Origin: a virus
Taxonomy: Duplodnaviria > Caudoviricetes
DNA length: 64,000 nt
Direction: 5' to 3' (one strand)
IMG/VR virus record: IMGVR_UViG_3300025016_000004
Shown here in pieces: positions 1 to 10,185 of the stretch; the stretch's first letter is position 1; every line of letters begins with the position of its first letter. The position numbers and the translations under genes were made by a program. Below the pieces are notes generated by a model. The model saw only the letters and a list, made by a program, of their open reading frames with translations, had not been told where the DNA came from and searched no databases.

Positions 1-1
1 T

Positions 2-454
2 ATGTCATTCTCTGAAGAAGGTTATGTTGTAGTTGATGCTAATTTCAATAGAATCAAGTTAAAAAACCCAGCTTATGTTGCAATGCATTATACTAAAAGT
101 AAATTAGGTAATCACCATATATTAGAGGTGTTAAAAACTAATGAAGTTGATGAATGGATTGCAACGTTCCCAGAAAGGTCTGAAGAAATAATTCAACTTA
201 AAGAAGGGTTAGTAAAATTGACTGATGATTTGGAAAATGCTTGGGTAGAATTAATACCATATAAACCTAAAAACATAACTAAACAAGAACAAAAGAGGTT
301 TGCGATGAAAGTATTTGAAGTATCTAATAAACACTTCAAAAATACTCGTCACACTGGATTGTTTTTTGGGTTAAAAGATGGTAAAATTAACACGATTAGA
401 GAATATATAATCAATATGAATAATAAAGATTTATATGAAATATTAACAAAATAA
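2..454 (+). CDS. RNA ligase (T4 Rnl1/RnlA-like), C-terminal part; 5' end outside window
   Basis: EGYVVVD..NRIKLKNPAY matches nucleotidyltransferase motifs IV/V of phage RNA ligases. Confidence 0.7.
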   Translation: MSFSEEGYVVVDANFNRIKLKNPAYVAMHYTKSKLGNHHILEVLKTNEVDEWIATFPERSEEIIQLKEGLVKLTDDLENAWVELIPYKPKNITKQEQKRFAMKVFEVSNKHFKNTRHTGLFFGLKDGKINTIREYIINMNNKDLYEILTK

Positions 455-477
455 AAGGCCCTCATGGGGCCTTTTTT
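453..477. terminator. Bidirectional intrinsic terminator between convergent genes
   Basis: AAAAGGCCC-TCATG-GGGCCTTTT with A/T tracts on both sides. Confidence 0.85.
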
Positions 478-910
478 ATCCAATTTCTATTCTTCTATTG
501 GGTGAATCTTTATTATTGCTTTTAGGAATGGATATTTTAAGGATTCCATCAACATAATCAGCTGAGATTTTATCATGCTCAACGTTTTTTGGTAAAGAAA
601 AGCTTCTTTTAAACGATGAATAAGAAAATTCTCTTTTCTTATAATTTAAATCATCTTGATTATTTTCCATTGATGATTCAGCTGACACTTCTAATTTATC
701 ACCATTAATCTCAATATTAAAATTGGATTTGTTAAAACCTGGGGTTGCCACATCAATAAGATAAGCTCCCTCATTTTCAATAACATTAACCGAAGGGGTT
801 GTTATTAATCTACTGTCAAAAAGATTATCAAACCAAGGGTCTAATTTTGGAAATTCAAATAAGCTTGGTGATAACTGACCGTTTTTTTTAATTGGTACTA
901 AAGTTTTCAT
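476..910 (-). CDS. hsp20: Small heat-shock protein (Hsp20/alpha-crystallin)
   Basis: PSVNVIE..TPGF..FSYSSFKRSFSLP..A.Y.DGILKISIPK. Confidence 0.95.
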   Translation of the reverse strand: MKTLVPIKKNGQLSPSLFEFPKLDPWFDNLFDSRLITTPSVNVIENEGAYLIDVATPGFNKSNFNIEINGDKLEVSAESSMENNQDDLNYKKREFSYSSFKRSFSLPKNVEHDKISADYVDGILKISIPKSNNKDSPNRRIEIG

Positions 911-1048
911 AAGTTCTAAAAATTTTTATTTGTTATTATTTGTTTGTATGTAGACAAATTATATACCATTAGAAAAAACCTGAAAAAATGTCAGTTTATT
1001 TGTTTATCTTAAATATTATTCGTATATTTGCGTATTAAACACAGTATT

Positions 1049-1351
1049 ATGAAAAAACTAGAGATATATAGAAGGGTGTTATTTTATAAAGTAAGGAGTT
1101 ATCAAGGTGGTGAATATGACATGTTTACAAATTATGAAACAATTTTTTATGTATACAAGGGTATTGAAAAAAGAAAGAAATTTTGGCTATTTGGGTCTGA
1201 ATATGATTATGAAATTTATGAAGAAGTTTTTACTCTAGGTTTTAATATCGAAAGCAAACACTTCTCAAAGAAAGAGGTTAGAGATAAAATTTACGAACAA
1301 GTAAAGTTGTTAGAAAGACAAGAAGAAATCAAAAAAGGAGAATTAATATAA
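1049..1351 (+). CDS. Hypothetical protein
   Basis: ORF behind TATATTTG promoter at 1023-1030; ATG at 1049 preferred over TTG at 1028. Confidence 0.7.
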   Translation: MKKLEIYRRVLFYKVRSYQGGEYDMFTNYETIFYVYKGIEKRKKFWLFGSEYDYEIYEEVFTLGFNIESKHFSKKEVRDKIYEQVKLLERQEEIKKGELI

Positions 1352-1417
1352 CTTACATAGGAAAAAGATTATAGAGAAGCGAGAATGGTGTCGGTAAAAA
1401 CCAAAAGGGTAAATAAA

Positions 1418-1450
1418 GTTTGTTTATTTAAAATAAATTACGTATATTTG
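1418..1450 (+). promoter_or_regulatory. Bacteroidota housekeeping-type promoter (TTTG -33 / TAnnTTTG -7), representative of ~25 copies
   Basis: GTTTGTTT..N..CGTATATTTG; other -7 boxes include 1023, 8730, 13862, 16572, 19653, 29579, 30878, 32501, 49833, 55686. Confidence 0.85.
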
Positions 1451-1454
1451 CATT

Positions 1455-2069
1455 ATGAAATTAACATTAGATACAATTTTAAGTGAATTGAAGATAACTG
1501 GAGAAGTTCTAGCGGTTTTTGGGTACGGCTCTCAAATATATGGTACAGCGACTGAAACTTCTGACCATGATTTTATTATAGTCATGAAAGGTGCTATGTT
1601 AGATAATGGTGCATTTAAGAATAATGCAATTTCTAATGAAGATTATTCAATTCAAGGTACAGTATACTCAAGAGGTGGATTCTTAGACGCTATTAATAGG
1701 TATGATATAATCGCATTGGAGTGTTTATCATTGGATGATTCTCAAGTGGTATTCAAGAAATGGCCCTTTAAGGTAACCAATTGGAATACCAAAGAAATGA
1801 TTAAACAAGTTATCAGAAAGGCATCTGATAGTCGTCACTATGCTAATATGGCATCAAAGAATGGTGATGGTGAACATGCAATAAAGAGTATGTTCCATGC
1901 TTTGAGGATATTACAATTTGGATTACAATTAAAAGAGCATAAAAAGATTATTGATTTTCAAGCATGCAATAATTTATATGCGGATTTTAAAAAAATACTT
2001 CCAGAAAATTTTGATTCTAGAAATTATTTTCGTATCTTTGACAAACTAATGAATAATTTAAAAGAATAA
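1455..2069 (+). CDS. Nucleotidyltransferase (Pol beta superfamily)
   Basis: YGSQIYGTATETSDHDFII = GS..DxD motif. Confidence 0.85.
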   Translation: MKLTLDTILSELKITGEVLAVFGYGSQIYGTATETSDHDFIIVMKGAMLDNGAFKNNAISNEDYSIQGTVYSRGGFLDAINRYDIIALECLSLDDSQVVFKKWPFKVTNWNTKEMIKQVIRKASDSRHYANMASKNGDGEHAIKSMFHALRILQFGLQLKEHKKIIDFQACNNLYADFKKILPENFDSRNYFRIFDKLMNNLKE

Positions 2070-2070
2070 T

Positions 2071-3489
2071 ATGACAATTAAAGCAATATTTGATGAAATA
2101 AGTAACACAGCTGGTGATAATGCCAAAATGGATGTATTACGCAAGTATAAAGACAACGACTTACTTAAAGAAGTTTTGTATCGAATAAAATCTAAAAGAG
2201 TGAAGTTTTTTATTAAACAAATACCTGAATATATTTCATTAAATAGTTCAATCCCAGCTTCATTAGAGTGGGGTTTAAATAATCTTGATGAAATTTCTGA
2301 CAGAAAAATTAGTGGACAAGCGGCTATAAATCATTTAAAATTCATATTAGAAAGTGTATCACCAGATGATGCTTATATCATTGAGAGAATTATTGATAAA
2401 GACCCTAAGAATGGTTTAGGTAGAACCTACATTAATAAAGTCTATGGTGATTTGATTGAGAAAACGCCATATCAAGGTGCTAAATCATATGATGAAAAAT
2501 TAGCTAAAGATATTTTTAAGAAATATGGTTACGCTTATAGTGACGTTAAAATGGATGGTAGGTATGCTAACGCAATCATTCAAGGTGGTGAAGTTGAGTT
2601 AGAGTCTAGACAAGGTGAAACAACTCATATTCCAAGTGACTCATTATTATTTGAGGAATTATCAAAATTCCCTGATGGTGTATTAAATGGTGAGCTTACA
2701 ATGGAGAATTTAGACCGATACACAAGTAACGGTATTATAGCTTCAATTGTCGATATTGAGGGTCGTGGTAAAATGGGTGATAGAAGTGATGAAGAAACCG
2801 CTAAAAAATTAGTGGCATTCGAGAAAAAGCATGGTAGTTTTAAAGAAGCTGTTGATAAAATCAGATATACTGTATGGGATTCAATTACATTAGATGATTA
2901 TTTTAATAAGAAATCTGATATTGAATATAGACATAGATTGGATTTCTTATTTAAAAAGACTCCAGTTTTAGAATGTGATAGAGTATCAGTAGTTGAACGT
3001 AAGAAAGTATATTCTTATGATGAAGCAATGAGTCACTTCCAAGAGATTTTAAATAGAGGTGAAGAAGGTACCATCCTTAAAGCACCAACAGCTGGATGGT
3101 TTGATGGTAAGAAAAATCACCAAATAAAAATGAAATTAGAAATGAATATTGACCTTAGAGTTATAGGGTTTGAATATGGTGAAAAAAGAAGTAAAAATGA
3201 AAATGTTTATTCAACAATAAACCTTGAATCATCATGTGGTAAATTAAGAACCAATGCTTCTGGTATGACTGAGAAGATGATGAAAGATATTACTGAAAGA
3301 GGTGATGAACTTATGGGGACAATAGTAGAAATACGTTGTTGTGGTTTATCTCAAAACTCTAATGGTGATTGGTCAACTTTACATCCTTCAGTTGTTGAAT
3401 TGAGAGATGATAAAGATACTTGTGATTCATTAGAGTCATGTCAAGAGATTGAAGCAATGGCTAAAGGATTAGGTAAAGAAGTGGGATAA
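2071..3489 (+). CDS. ATP-dependent DNA ligase
   Basis: KMDGRY motif I, NGEL, EEGTILK, C-terminal OB fold, T4 gp30-like N-terminal domain. Confidence 0.93.
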   Translation: MTIKAIFDEISNTAGDNAKMDVLRKYKDNDLLKEVLYRIKSKRVKFFIKQIPEYISLNSSIPASLEWGLNNLDEISDRKISGQAAINHLKFILESVSPDDAYIIERIIDKDPKNGLGRTYINKVYGDLIEKTPYQGAKSYDEKLAKDIFKKYGYAYSDVKMDGRYANAIIQGGEVELESRQGETTHIPSDSLLFEELSKFPDGVLNGELTMENLDRYTSNGIIASIVDIEGRGKMGDRSDEETAKKLVAFEKKHGSFKEAVDKIRYTVWDSITLDDYFNKKSDIEYRHRLDFLFKKTPVLECDRVSVVERKKVYSYDEAMSHFQEILNRGEEGTILKAPTAGWFDGKKNHQIKMKLEMNIDLRVIGFEYGEKRSKNENVYSTINLESSCGKLRTNASGMTEKMMKDITERGDELMGTIVEIRCCGLSQNSNGDWSTLHPSVVELRDDKDTCDSLESCQEIEAMAKGLGKEVG

Positions 3490-3779
3490 TGGGAAAGTTA
3501 TTTATAATTATTACAATAATTTTGGTTTACGTTATTGGGTATGTAATATCATTAATTACATTGAAGAGGTGTGCTAAACAACTTGGGTTAGACCATTACG
3601 ATGATAATGATAGAGGGTATGTAATGATGGATGATTATGAATCAAATGAATCAGCTTGGATATCTTTTAGTTTTGTTTGGCCAGTGTTCTGGTTTATAAT
3701 TGGAATCATTGGATTCTTCAAATTCATTTCAAATCAAAGTGAAAAATTTTTAAATAAATTAAATAATGAAAAAACATAG
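3489..3779 (+). CDS. Small membrane protein
   Basis: Two hydrophobic segments. Confidence 0.7.
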   Translation: MGKLFIIITIILVYVIGYVISLITLKRCAKQLGLDHYDDNDRGYVMMDDYESNESAWISFSFVWPVFWFIIGIIGFFKFISNQSEKFLNKLNNEKT

Positions 3780-4230
3780 TGCATTCCCGAAAATCGGGCA
3801 ATATAGACAAGTAGTAAAAGAAGCTAGAGATAGAGCCGCATACATAGGTAAAGATGAGAATGGTGATGCAATTTTTGACTATTCTAAAGTTGCACCAACC
3901 ATTAAATTTAAAGGTACTGTGAAACTTCATGGGTGTTTTGATAAAAACTCTTTAGTTACTTTAAGTAATGGTGAAGAAATACCAATTAGTGAAATTAATG
4001 TTGGTGATTCTATTTTGAGTTATGATTTTGAATTTAATAGGTTTGTGGATAAAAAGGTTGTAAATACTGAAAACTTTAAATCAAATAAAAATTGGGTTGA
4101 GCTAGTATTTGATAATAATTCTTCAATAAAATGTACTGAAGACCATAAAATTTACACAAAAAATAGAGGGTGGGTTGAAGCCATTAACTTAACTGAAGAA
4201 GATGTTTTTTTAGAAAATGACCAAAATTAA
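3766..4230 (+). CDS. RNA ligase (Rnl2-like) N-extein (56 aa) fused to split intein N-half
   Basis: TVKLHG|CFDKNSLV (intein block A, C at 3934), TEDHKIYT..GWVEA (block B), stop at 4228-4230. Confidence 0.9.
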   Translation: MKKHSAFPKIGQYRQVVKEARDRAAYIGKDENGDAIFDYSKVAPTIKFKGTVKLHGCFDKNSLVTLSNGEEIPISEINVGDSILSYDFEFNRFVDKKVVNTENFKSNKNWVELVFDNNSSIKCTEDHKIYTKNRGWVEAINLTEEDVFLENDQN

Positions 4231-4274
4231 AGTTAGTTTCATGAAACGCTACATATTTATATTAAAAAGTAAAT

Positions 4275-5102
4275 ATGGTAATTACAACATGGTGTGAATT
4301 AGTAAATGGTAGGTGGGGTTACTCAAAACACCTATCTAAGATAAAATTTCCGATTAATATGGTTAAATGTGATGATTGTAATCACATATATAATGAAAGG
4401 TTTGATAAAACAAATAAAAGGTTTGAAAAAAATGAAAAAGATTTGTGTAAAAATTGTGTTAAAGAGAAAGAAGCTAAAAGACTTTCAGAGGTAGGTAAAA
4501 AAGCTTTAAGTAAAATATCAAAAAAAGATAGAACCAAAAATGCTAAATTGGGTGGTGAAGCATCATCTTTGAATCATAACAATTCTGGTAGATTTTCAAC
4601 GGAAAGGTGGGAGTCTATGAGTAAAAAAGAGCAAAATAAACAAGTAACAAGAGCAAATAAGGCATTACACGATAAATTAAATTCAGATGAAGAATTTAGA
4701 TTAAAACATTATTTAAAGATTTTTAAAAATTCTAAAATTGGTTTTACATCTAAAGGTCATAATGAATTACATGATTTTTTAAAAGAATATGGATTTAAAC
4801 AGCACCATGTAATAGATAAACTTGAGGTTGATGAATGTAATGTTAATAGAAAAATCGTTGTGGAATATAATGGGGATTTATATCATTGTAATCCTAGAAA
4901 ATATGATGGTGATTACTACAACACAGCAATTAAAATGATTTGCTCTGATAAATGGGAAAAGGATAGAAAAAGAACTTGGTTATTAAAAAGAAAGGGATAT
5001 AAAGTTTTTGTTGTTTGGGAAGATGATTGGTATAAAAATAGGGAAAAAATTAAAAATAGATTAAATAAATTTATTAATAATGAAATTAAAAAAGATAAAT
5101 AA
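4275..5102 (+). CDS. Free-standing Vsr/DUF559-like putative homing endonuclease
   Basis: VVEYNGDLYHCNP..KWEKD..R..LLKRKGYKVFVVWEDDW; lies between the intein halves. Confidence 0.85.
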   Translation: MVITTWCELVNGRWGYSKHLSKIKFPINMVKCDDCNHIYNERFDKTNKRFEKNEKDLCKNCVKEKEAKRLSEVGKKALSKISKKDRTKNAKLGGEASSLNHNNSGRFSTERWESMSKKEQNKQVTRANKALHDKLNSDEEFRLKHYLKIFKNSKIGFTSKGHNELHDFLKEYGFKQHHVIDKLEVDECNVNRKIVVEYNGDLYHCNPRKYDGDYYNTAIKMICSDKWEKDRKRTWLLKRKGYKVFVVWEDDWYKNREKIKNRLNKFINNEIKKDK

Positions 5103-6039
5103 AATAAAAGAAAGAAGGTCATTTGACCTTACGATACAAGACACAAATTGTTTTTTTGTAAATGACATTTTGGTGCATAATTCAAATGCGGGTATTGGAC
5201 ATACTGAAAATGATGGTATTTGGGCACAATCTAGAAGTAATATTATAACTCCTGAAAATGATAATATGGGGTTTGCAAGGTATGTTGAAGATAATAAACA
5301 AGCATTCCTTGAATTGGTTGAACATGTTAGATATGTAAACCATAAGATTAACCCAAACGATACTGTTATTGTATTCGGTGAATGGGCTGGTAAAGGCATC
5401 CAAAAAGGAGTTGCAATATCTCAAATAGAAAAGTCATTTTTCATATTTGACGTAAAAGTTGTACCTGAAGATAGTACTAAACCATATCATTTAGCTTCTC
5501 ACTATTTAAGAGATATTGACCATAGAATTTATAATGTTGAAGATTTCTTATCTTATGAAATCGAAATTGATTTTAATAGACCTGATTTGGCTCAAAATGA
5601 ATTAAGTGAGATTACCATTGCAGTTGAAGAATTATGCCCCGTAGGTAAAGCTTTTGGTATTGAAGGAATTGGTGAGGGTGTGGTTTGGTGTGCAACGGTT
5701 GATGGTCATGATTACCGTTTCAAAGTGAAGGGTGAACGACATAGCGCATCTAAAGTTAAGACTTTAGCTAAAGTTGATACTGAGAAAATAAATTCTATCC
5801 ATGAATTTGTTGGTTACGCTGTAACTCAAAATAGATTTGAACAAGGTATGGGCATTATTTTCCCTAACGGAGATATTGACATTAAAAAAATGGGTGATAT
5901 CATTAGATGGGTTGTGAATGATATTATGGCCGAAGAAAAGGATGTTTTAGAAGATAATAACCTCCAATCAAAAGATGTCAACAAATACATTTCAACAAAG
6001 GTTCGAGAACTCTTTTTAGAGGAATATAATAAACTTTGA
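5080..6039 (+). CDS. Split intein C-half (34 aa) fused to RNA ligase C-extein
   Basis: FDLTIQDTNCFFVNDILVHN|SNAG (blocks F/G); ligase motifs FGEWAG, EGVVW, FKVK. Confidence 0.9.
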   Translation: MKLKKINKIKERRSFDLTIQDTNCFFVNDILVHNSNAGIGHTENDGIWAQSRSNIITPENDNMGFARYVEDNKQAFLELVEHVRYVNHKINPNDTVIVFGEWAGKGIQKGVAISQIEKSFFIFDVKVVPEDSTKPYHLASHYLRDIDHRIYNVEDFLSYEIEIDFNRPDLAQNELSEITIAVEELCPVGKAFGIEGIGEGVVWCATVDGHDYRFKVKGERHSASKVKTLAKVDTEKINSIHEFVGYAVTQNRFEQGMGIIFPNGDIDIKKMGDIIRWVVNDIMAEEKDVLEDNNLQSKDVNKYISTKVRELFLEEYNKL

Positions 6040-6043
6040 TAAT

Positions 6044-6071
6044 AAAACCACCGAAAAGTGGTTTTTTTTTT
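6044..6071 (+). terminator. Intrinsic terminator
   Basis: AAAACCAC-CGAAAA-GTGGTTTT plus long T run. Confidence 0.8.
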
Positions 6072-6130
6072 TGCTAAAAACTTGTTTTTTTCCTTTTTTT
6101 GTAGTTACATTGCACAAAGATTATAAAATT

Positions 6131-6340
6131 ATGAAAAACATACAAAACGGAGTTTTTAGATTAACAAAAGATTCAAGCCCAATGGAAGGTGTCGAATTTA
6201 AAGCTGGTCAAGAATTTGAACTTATTGGTGGTGTTATTTACATGGGTGGATTCCCATTACAACTTAATTTCCAAAATTTAATAAAAACGTGGATGGATAA
6301 AAACCCAACATTATTTGAAAATGATACAAGAGACTTTTAA
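6131..6340 (+). CDS. Hypothetical protein
   Basis: ATG after A-rich leader and promoter-like box. Confidence 0.65.
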   Translation: MKNIQNGVFRLTKDSSPMEGVEFKAGQEFELIGGVIYMGGFPLQLNFQNLIKTWMDKNPTLFENDTRDF

Positions 6341-7055
6341 GAATATGGAAACCGAACATACATTATATGAGTGGTGTTTAGTTAATAATATTAGAATTTT
6401 AGATTTAGAAGAGAGTGAGTATGATGAATATATGTTGGATAAACTTAGTCTTGAGAGATTTAAATCTGTTATAGAAGAGTATAAAGTAGTTTATAATTCT
6501 ACACCAGGAAAACCTGAAAAATTCTTAGAATTAAGAATGTACGGTTTAGTACCATATAACCTTTCACCAATTCAACAAGGAATTCAATTTAATCACGCAA
6601 ATGATGTTTATAGTCTTGAATGGGGAACGAATAACGAAAAATATGATTGGTTCAGAACTGAATGGATGACCAATATTTTATTGAATGGCGGTACATCTAA
6701 TGAAGGTCATGAGGTAAGACATGGATTTAAAACTGAGTTATATGTTGGCACAATGCAACAACATTTAGCTGATTTAACATTAAATGGCATCAAGGTTTCA
6801 AGATTTTATGAACCTGATTTAAACTCTATGTTAACAGCGATAGTATTTCTTGTTGACGAAAGAGTGTTTAATAAAAATTTATACCCTGATTTTTCACCAA
6901 TGCCAGCATTAGATTACGTTGGGGATGTTAGTGATGACCAAATAGCTTCATGGGTTAGAGTTAATGATGAGCAATATAATAAATGGGTTGAAAAAGTTGG
7001 TGGCCCTAAGAATGTCTTTTTAAGAGAATTCTTAAAAGATAAAAAATTAGCATAA
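6315..7055 (+). CDS. Pth2-like (peptidyl-tRNA hydrolase II fold) protein
   Basis: LSPIQQGIQFNHA..ILLNGG..FYEPDLNSMLTAI resembles phage Pth2-like family. Confidence 0.6.
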   Translation: MKMIQETFKNMETEHTLYEWCLVNNIRILDLEESEYDEYMLDKLSLERFKSVIEEYKVVYNSTPGKPEKFLELRMYGLVPYNLSPIQQGIQFNHANDVYSLEWGTNNEKYDWFRTEWMTNILLNGGTSNEGHEVRHGFKTELYVGTMQQHLADLTLNGIKVSRFYEPDLNSMLTAIVFLVDERVFNKNLYPDFSPMPALDYVGDVSDDQIASWVRVNDEQYNKWVEKVGGPKNVFLREFLKDKKLA

Positions 7056-8690
7056 ATGAGTAAAGATAAAACAAACAAAGTTAAATTTAAAGATTTAACA
7101 GACGAGAATAAGGACTATATTAGAATGACTTATTATGATGAGGAATTAACCCATAAAGAAAAAATGGAAATTCTCACAAATAAATTTGGTGTTGAAGGTA
7201 GGACGATAAGAAAATGGTGGTTAGAAAAAATGGACTTACAAAAAGTCTCATCAAAATTACCACCACAATTATTAGAAGCTCGTGATAGAAATCTACCATT
7301 AAATACAAAAGTTTTAATGGTAACATCAGCTCAAAATGAAACTCCAATTAACCACAAGCAATTAGCTTCAATGTTAATTTATAAGGATTTTATTACCAAT
7401 AAGTTAAATAAGGAGACCAATATTGTGGTTATACCAGTTAGGTACCGTAATCCAACAACACCAACGGAAGACCAGAATAAGAAAAAAGACATGTGGTGGG
7501 TTGATGAAATAAAGGATAATATCTATTATAATAAAGTTGAATTTGGTGATACTACCATAGCAGCTGACACACATATTTCACCAACAGCTAAAATGCCATT
7601 AACTGGATTAGATGCATTGAGTGATGATGGTCATTTGATTTTAGGTGCATTTAGAATTCATTTTAAAACTCAAGCTAGGCTTAGAAATACACCATTAAGA
7701 ACTATGAGTACGACTGGTGCGATTACTAGGAAGAATTACTCTAGAAGTAAAGCTGGTGACACTGCCGCTATACATCATTCATATGGTTTTAGTATCATTG
7801 AGTTGAGAGAAGATGGTACATGCCATATTCCTAGAAATATCTATGTAACTGATGATGGTGAATTTACTGATTTATGTTATAAGGTAACCCCTGAAGGTGT
7901 AACTAAAGTTAAAAATGTTGAAGCTATTGTTTGGGGTGATATCCATAATGAAGTTATTGATGAAGCGATATATGAGAAAACCAAAGAGTTGTGTGATATT
8001 TTAAAACCTAAAGTTCACGTATTGCATGATTTATTAGATGGGGCCAGATTTAACCCACATGAAAGGTTAGATATGTTTAGCTTACGAAGAAAAATCGTTA
8101 ATGGTAAATACCTTATTGAAGATGAAGTAGATGAAGCTGTTAAATTTCCTAAAAAGGTATTAAAAGAATGTGGTGGTGATAAAGTGTATGTGGTTCAATC
8201 AAACCATGATGAATTCTTAGATAGACATATCAACGATATGAATTGGAAAAGAGATTTACATAATTCACCAGCTTATTTGAAATATGCAATGATTCATCAA
8301 ACTATTGATTTAGAGCTTTATGGAAATATATTTGGTTATTTACTAACCGAAAAATATGGTAAAAAGAAAAAAGTTAAATATCTTAAATTCGGTGACCACT
8401 TAACTATCAAAGGTTTTAACCTAGCTATGCATGGTGACCATGGTACAAATGGTTCTAGAGGTAATATAACGCAATATAAGCGTATGAACTTTAAAATGAT
8501 ACACGGACATAACCACTCACCTATAATAATGGATGGTGTGACTTCTGTGGGTCTTACAGGGCATGTTAAACAGTTCTACACTAGAAAGGGTGTTAGCACT
8601 CACGCATACGGACATTGTTTGGTTCATGAGAATGGAAAACGTCAATTATTGGTGTTTGATGATAATGGAGAAATAACAGATTTAATATGA
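7056..8690 (+). CDS. N-terminal HTH plus calcineurin-like metallophosphoesterase
   Basis: GDIH, HDLLDG, SNHD, HGDHG, HGHNH motifs. Confidence 0.75.
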   Translation: MSKDKTNKVKFKDLTDENKDYIRMTYYDEELTHKEKMEILTNKFGVEGRTIRKWWLEKMDLQKVSSKLPPQLLEARDRNLPLNTKVLMVTSAQNETPINHKQLASMLIYKDFITNKLNKETNIVVIPVRYRNPTTPTEDQNKKKDMWWVDEIKDNIYYNKVEFGDTTIAADTHISPTAKMPLTGLDALSDDGHLILGAFRIHFKTQARLRNTPLRTMSTTGAITRKNYSRSKAGDTAAIHHSYGFSIIELREDGTCHIPRNIYVTDDGEFTDLCYKVTPEGVTKVKNVEAIVWGDIHNEVIDEAIYEKTKELCDILKPKVHVLHDLLDGARFNPHERLDMFSLRRKIVNGKYLIEDEVDEAVKFPKKVLKECGGDKVYVVQSNHDEFLDRHINDMNWKRDLHNSPAYLKYAMIHQTIDLELYGNIFGYLLTEKYGKKKKVKYLKFGDHLTIKGFNLAMHGDHGTNGSRGNITQYKRMNFKMIHGHNHSPIIMDGVTSVGLTGHVKQFYTRKGVSTHAYGHCLVHENGKRQLLVFDDNGEITDLI

Positions 8691-8741
8691 AAGCTAAAAT
8701 AAAAATTTGATTTTTTAAAAAAATTATTGTATCTTTGTATT

Positions 8742-9284
8742 GTGAATACAACATTTAAAATAAAAGGTAAGATAGTTTTTGACCCACCAGACATCACTTC
8801 TAAACATAAGAAGCAAGCTGATTGGAAGAAAGTCGCATTTGTAGAATTTGATGGTGACATCAAAGCTTACTACAGATGGTTTGTGAAAAAAAGATATAAT
8901 CTTATTTTAGGAGAATCAATTAGAAAGGCTCATGTAACATTTATAAACGACAGTCATAGAGATATGGGTGATAATGTTAAGAAATGGGATGATGTTAAGA
9001 AGAAATGGGATGGAAAATCAATTGAAGTTAACTTATCAGTTGATGTTAGGTCCGATGGTATCAATTGGTGGTTGGTTGTACCAGAAGAAGGTAGGGAAGA
9101 GTTACATGCGATTAGAGCTGAATTAGGGTTAGGTAGACCTTATTTTGGTTTACATATGACATTTGGTATCGCTAGAGATGCCAAAGATGATGATTTTGAA
9201 GGTAACGGTGTGAGAGCTGTTAGACAAAATGAAGAACATTCAAGATACATTCTTGGATTAATAGATAAAGGATTGATAACATGA
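8742..9284 (+). CDS. 2H phosphoesterase family protein
   Basis: Two HxT motifs (AHVTF, LHMTF); GTG start 5 nt after TATCTTTG. Confidence 0.65.
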   Translation: MNTTFKIKGKIVFDPPDITSKHKKQADWKKVAFVEFDGDIKAYYRWFVKKRYNLILGESIRKAHVTFINDSHRDMGDNVKKWDDVKKKWDGKSIEVNLSVDVRSDGINWWLVVPEEGREELHAIRAELGLGRPYFGLHMTFGIARDAKDDDFEGNGVRAVRQNEEHSRYILGLIDKGLIT

Positions 9285-9372
9285 AAAGATTTAGATGGAA
9301 TTTAGGGGTACTTATTTTAAAAATAGGTTATTGGATTAGACAAGAAATCCCACAAAAACCTTATTTTAAGAA

Positions 9373-9624
9373 ATGAGAATAAAGGCGATATATAAGAAAA
9401 ACCTTAAAATGCCTGAAGGTAAGGTTGCAGCGCAAATAGCACATGCAGTTAAGAATCTAGGTATAACACCACTTGATTCAGATATAGTTGTTTTAAGAGT
9501 TTCTGATAAGAAATTTGATGAATTAGTGGTTGAGCATCCAGATTGTTATGTACAAGTCGATAAAGGGCTTACAGTAGTTGAAAAAGGTACTGCAACAGCT
9601 GCCGCTTGGATAGAAAGTAAGTAA
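9373..9624 (+). CDS. pth2: Peptidyl-tRNA hydrolase, Pth2 type (minimal)
   Basis: KMPEGKVAAQIAHA and DKGLT signature motifs. Confidence 0.85.
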   Translation: MRIKAIYKKNLKMPEGKVAAQIAHAVKNLGITPLDSDIVVLRVSDKKFDELVVEHPDCYVQVDKGLTVVEKGTATAAAWIESK

Positions 9625-9675
9625 AAATACCCCATTTGTTGTGTGGGGTATTTTGTGTTTTAGGGTAATTATCTC

Positions 9676-9864
9676 TTATTTAATCTTTTGGATTAACTCT
9701 TTGATGACTGCATAGTTGAAATATACGAATAATCCCGCACAAGCTCCCGCTAAGAAAGTCCCAAGACCACCTCCAATAAAAATAAAAGAACCAGCACAAG
9801 CTCCCGCCCATCCTAGATTTCCTAATCCTGTGGCTTTAATCCACTCTTTAATTTTGTTTACCAT
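9676..9864 (-). CDS. Small membrane protein
   Basis: Gly-rich hydrophobic hairpin; ATATTTATA motif upstream on minus strand. Confidence 0.65.
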   Translation of the reverse strand: MVNKIKEWIKATGLGNLGWAGACAGSFIFIGGGLGTFLAGACAGLFVYFNYAVIKELIQKIK

Positions 9865-10185
9865 AATATATTTGTTTTTTATATATATAAATATGCCGAA
9901 AATTTGGAAAATCAGACAAAATGTAGTATAATTGCGTTAAGAAACAATTAAATTACAACAAATTAAAAAAAAAGTGGGGATTTCATTTGGTAATCCCAGA
10001 TTTTATTTTTATGGTTGTACCAACACCTCATGATAAAATATTAGAAAATAGTAGAAAAGATTGTAGTTGTAGTAATGTTAAGACCGAAAGGTTTATGTAT
10101 ATAGATGCAATTAAATATTAAAAATTATTTAGTTATTTAAAATAATTTACATACCTTTGAAGAGTTAATATAAAATTTTTTGAAA

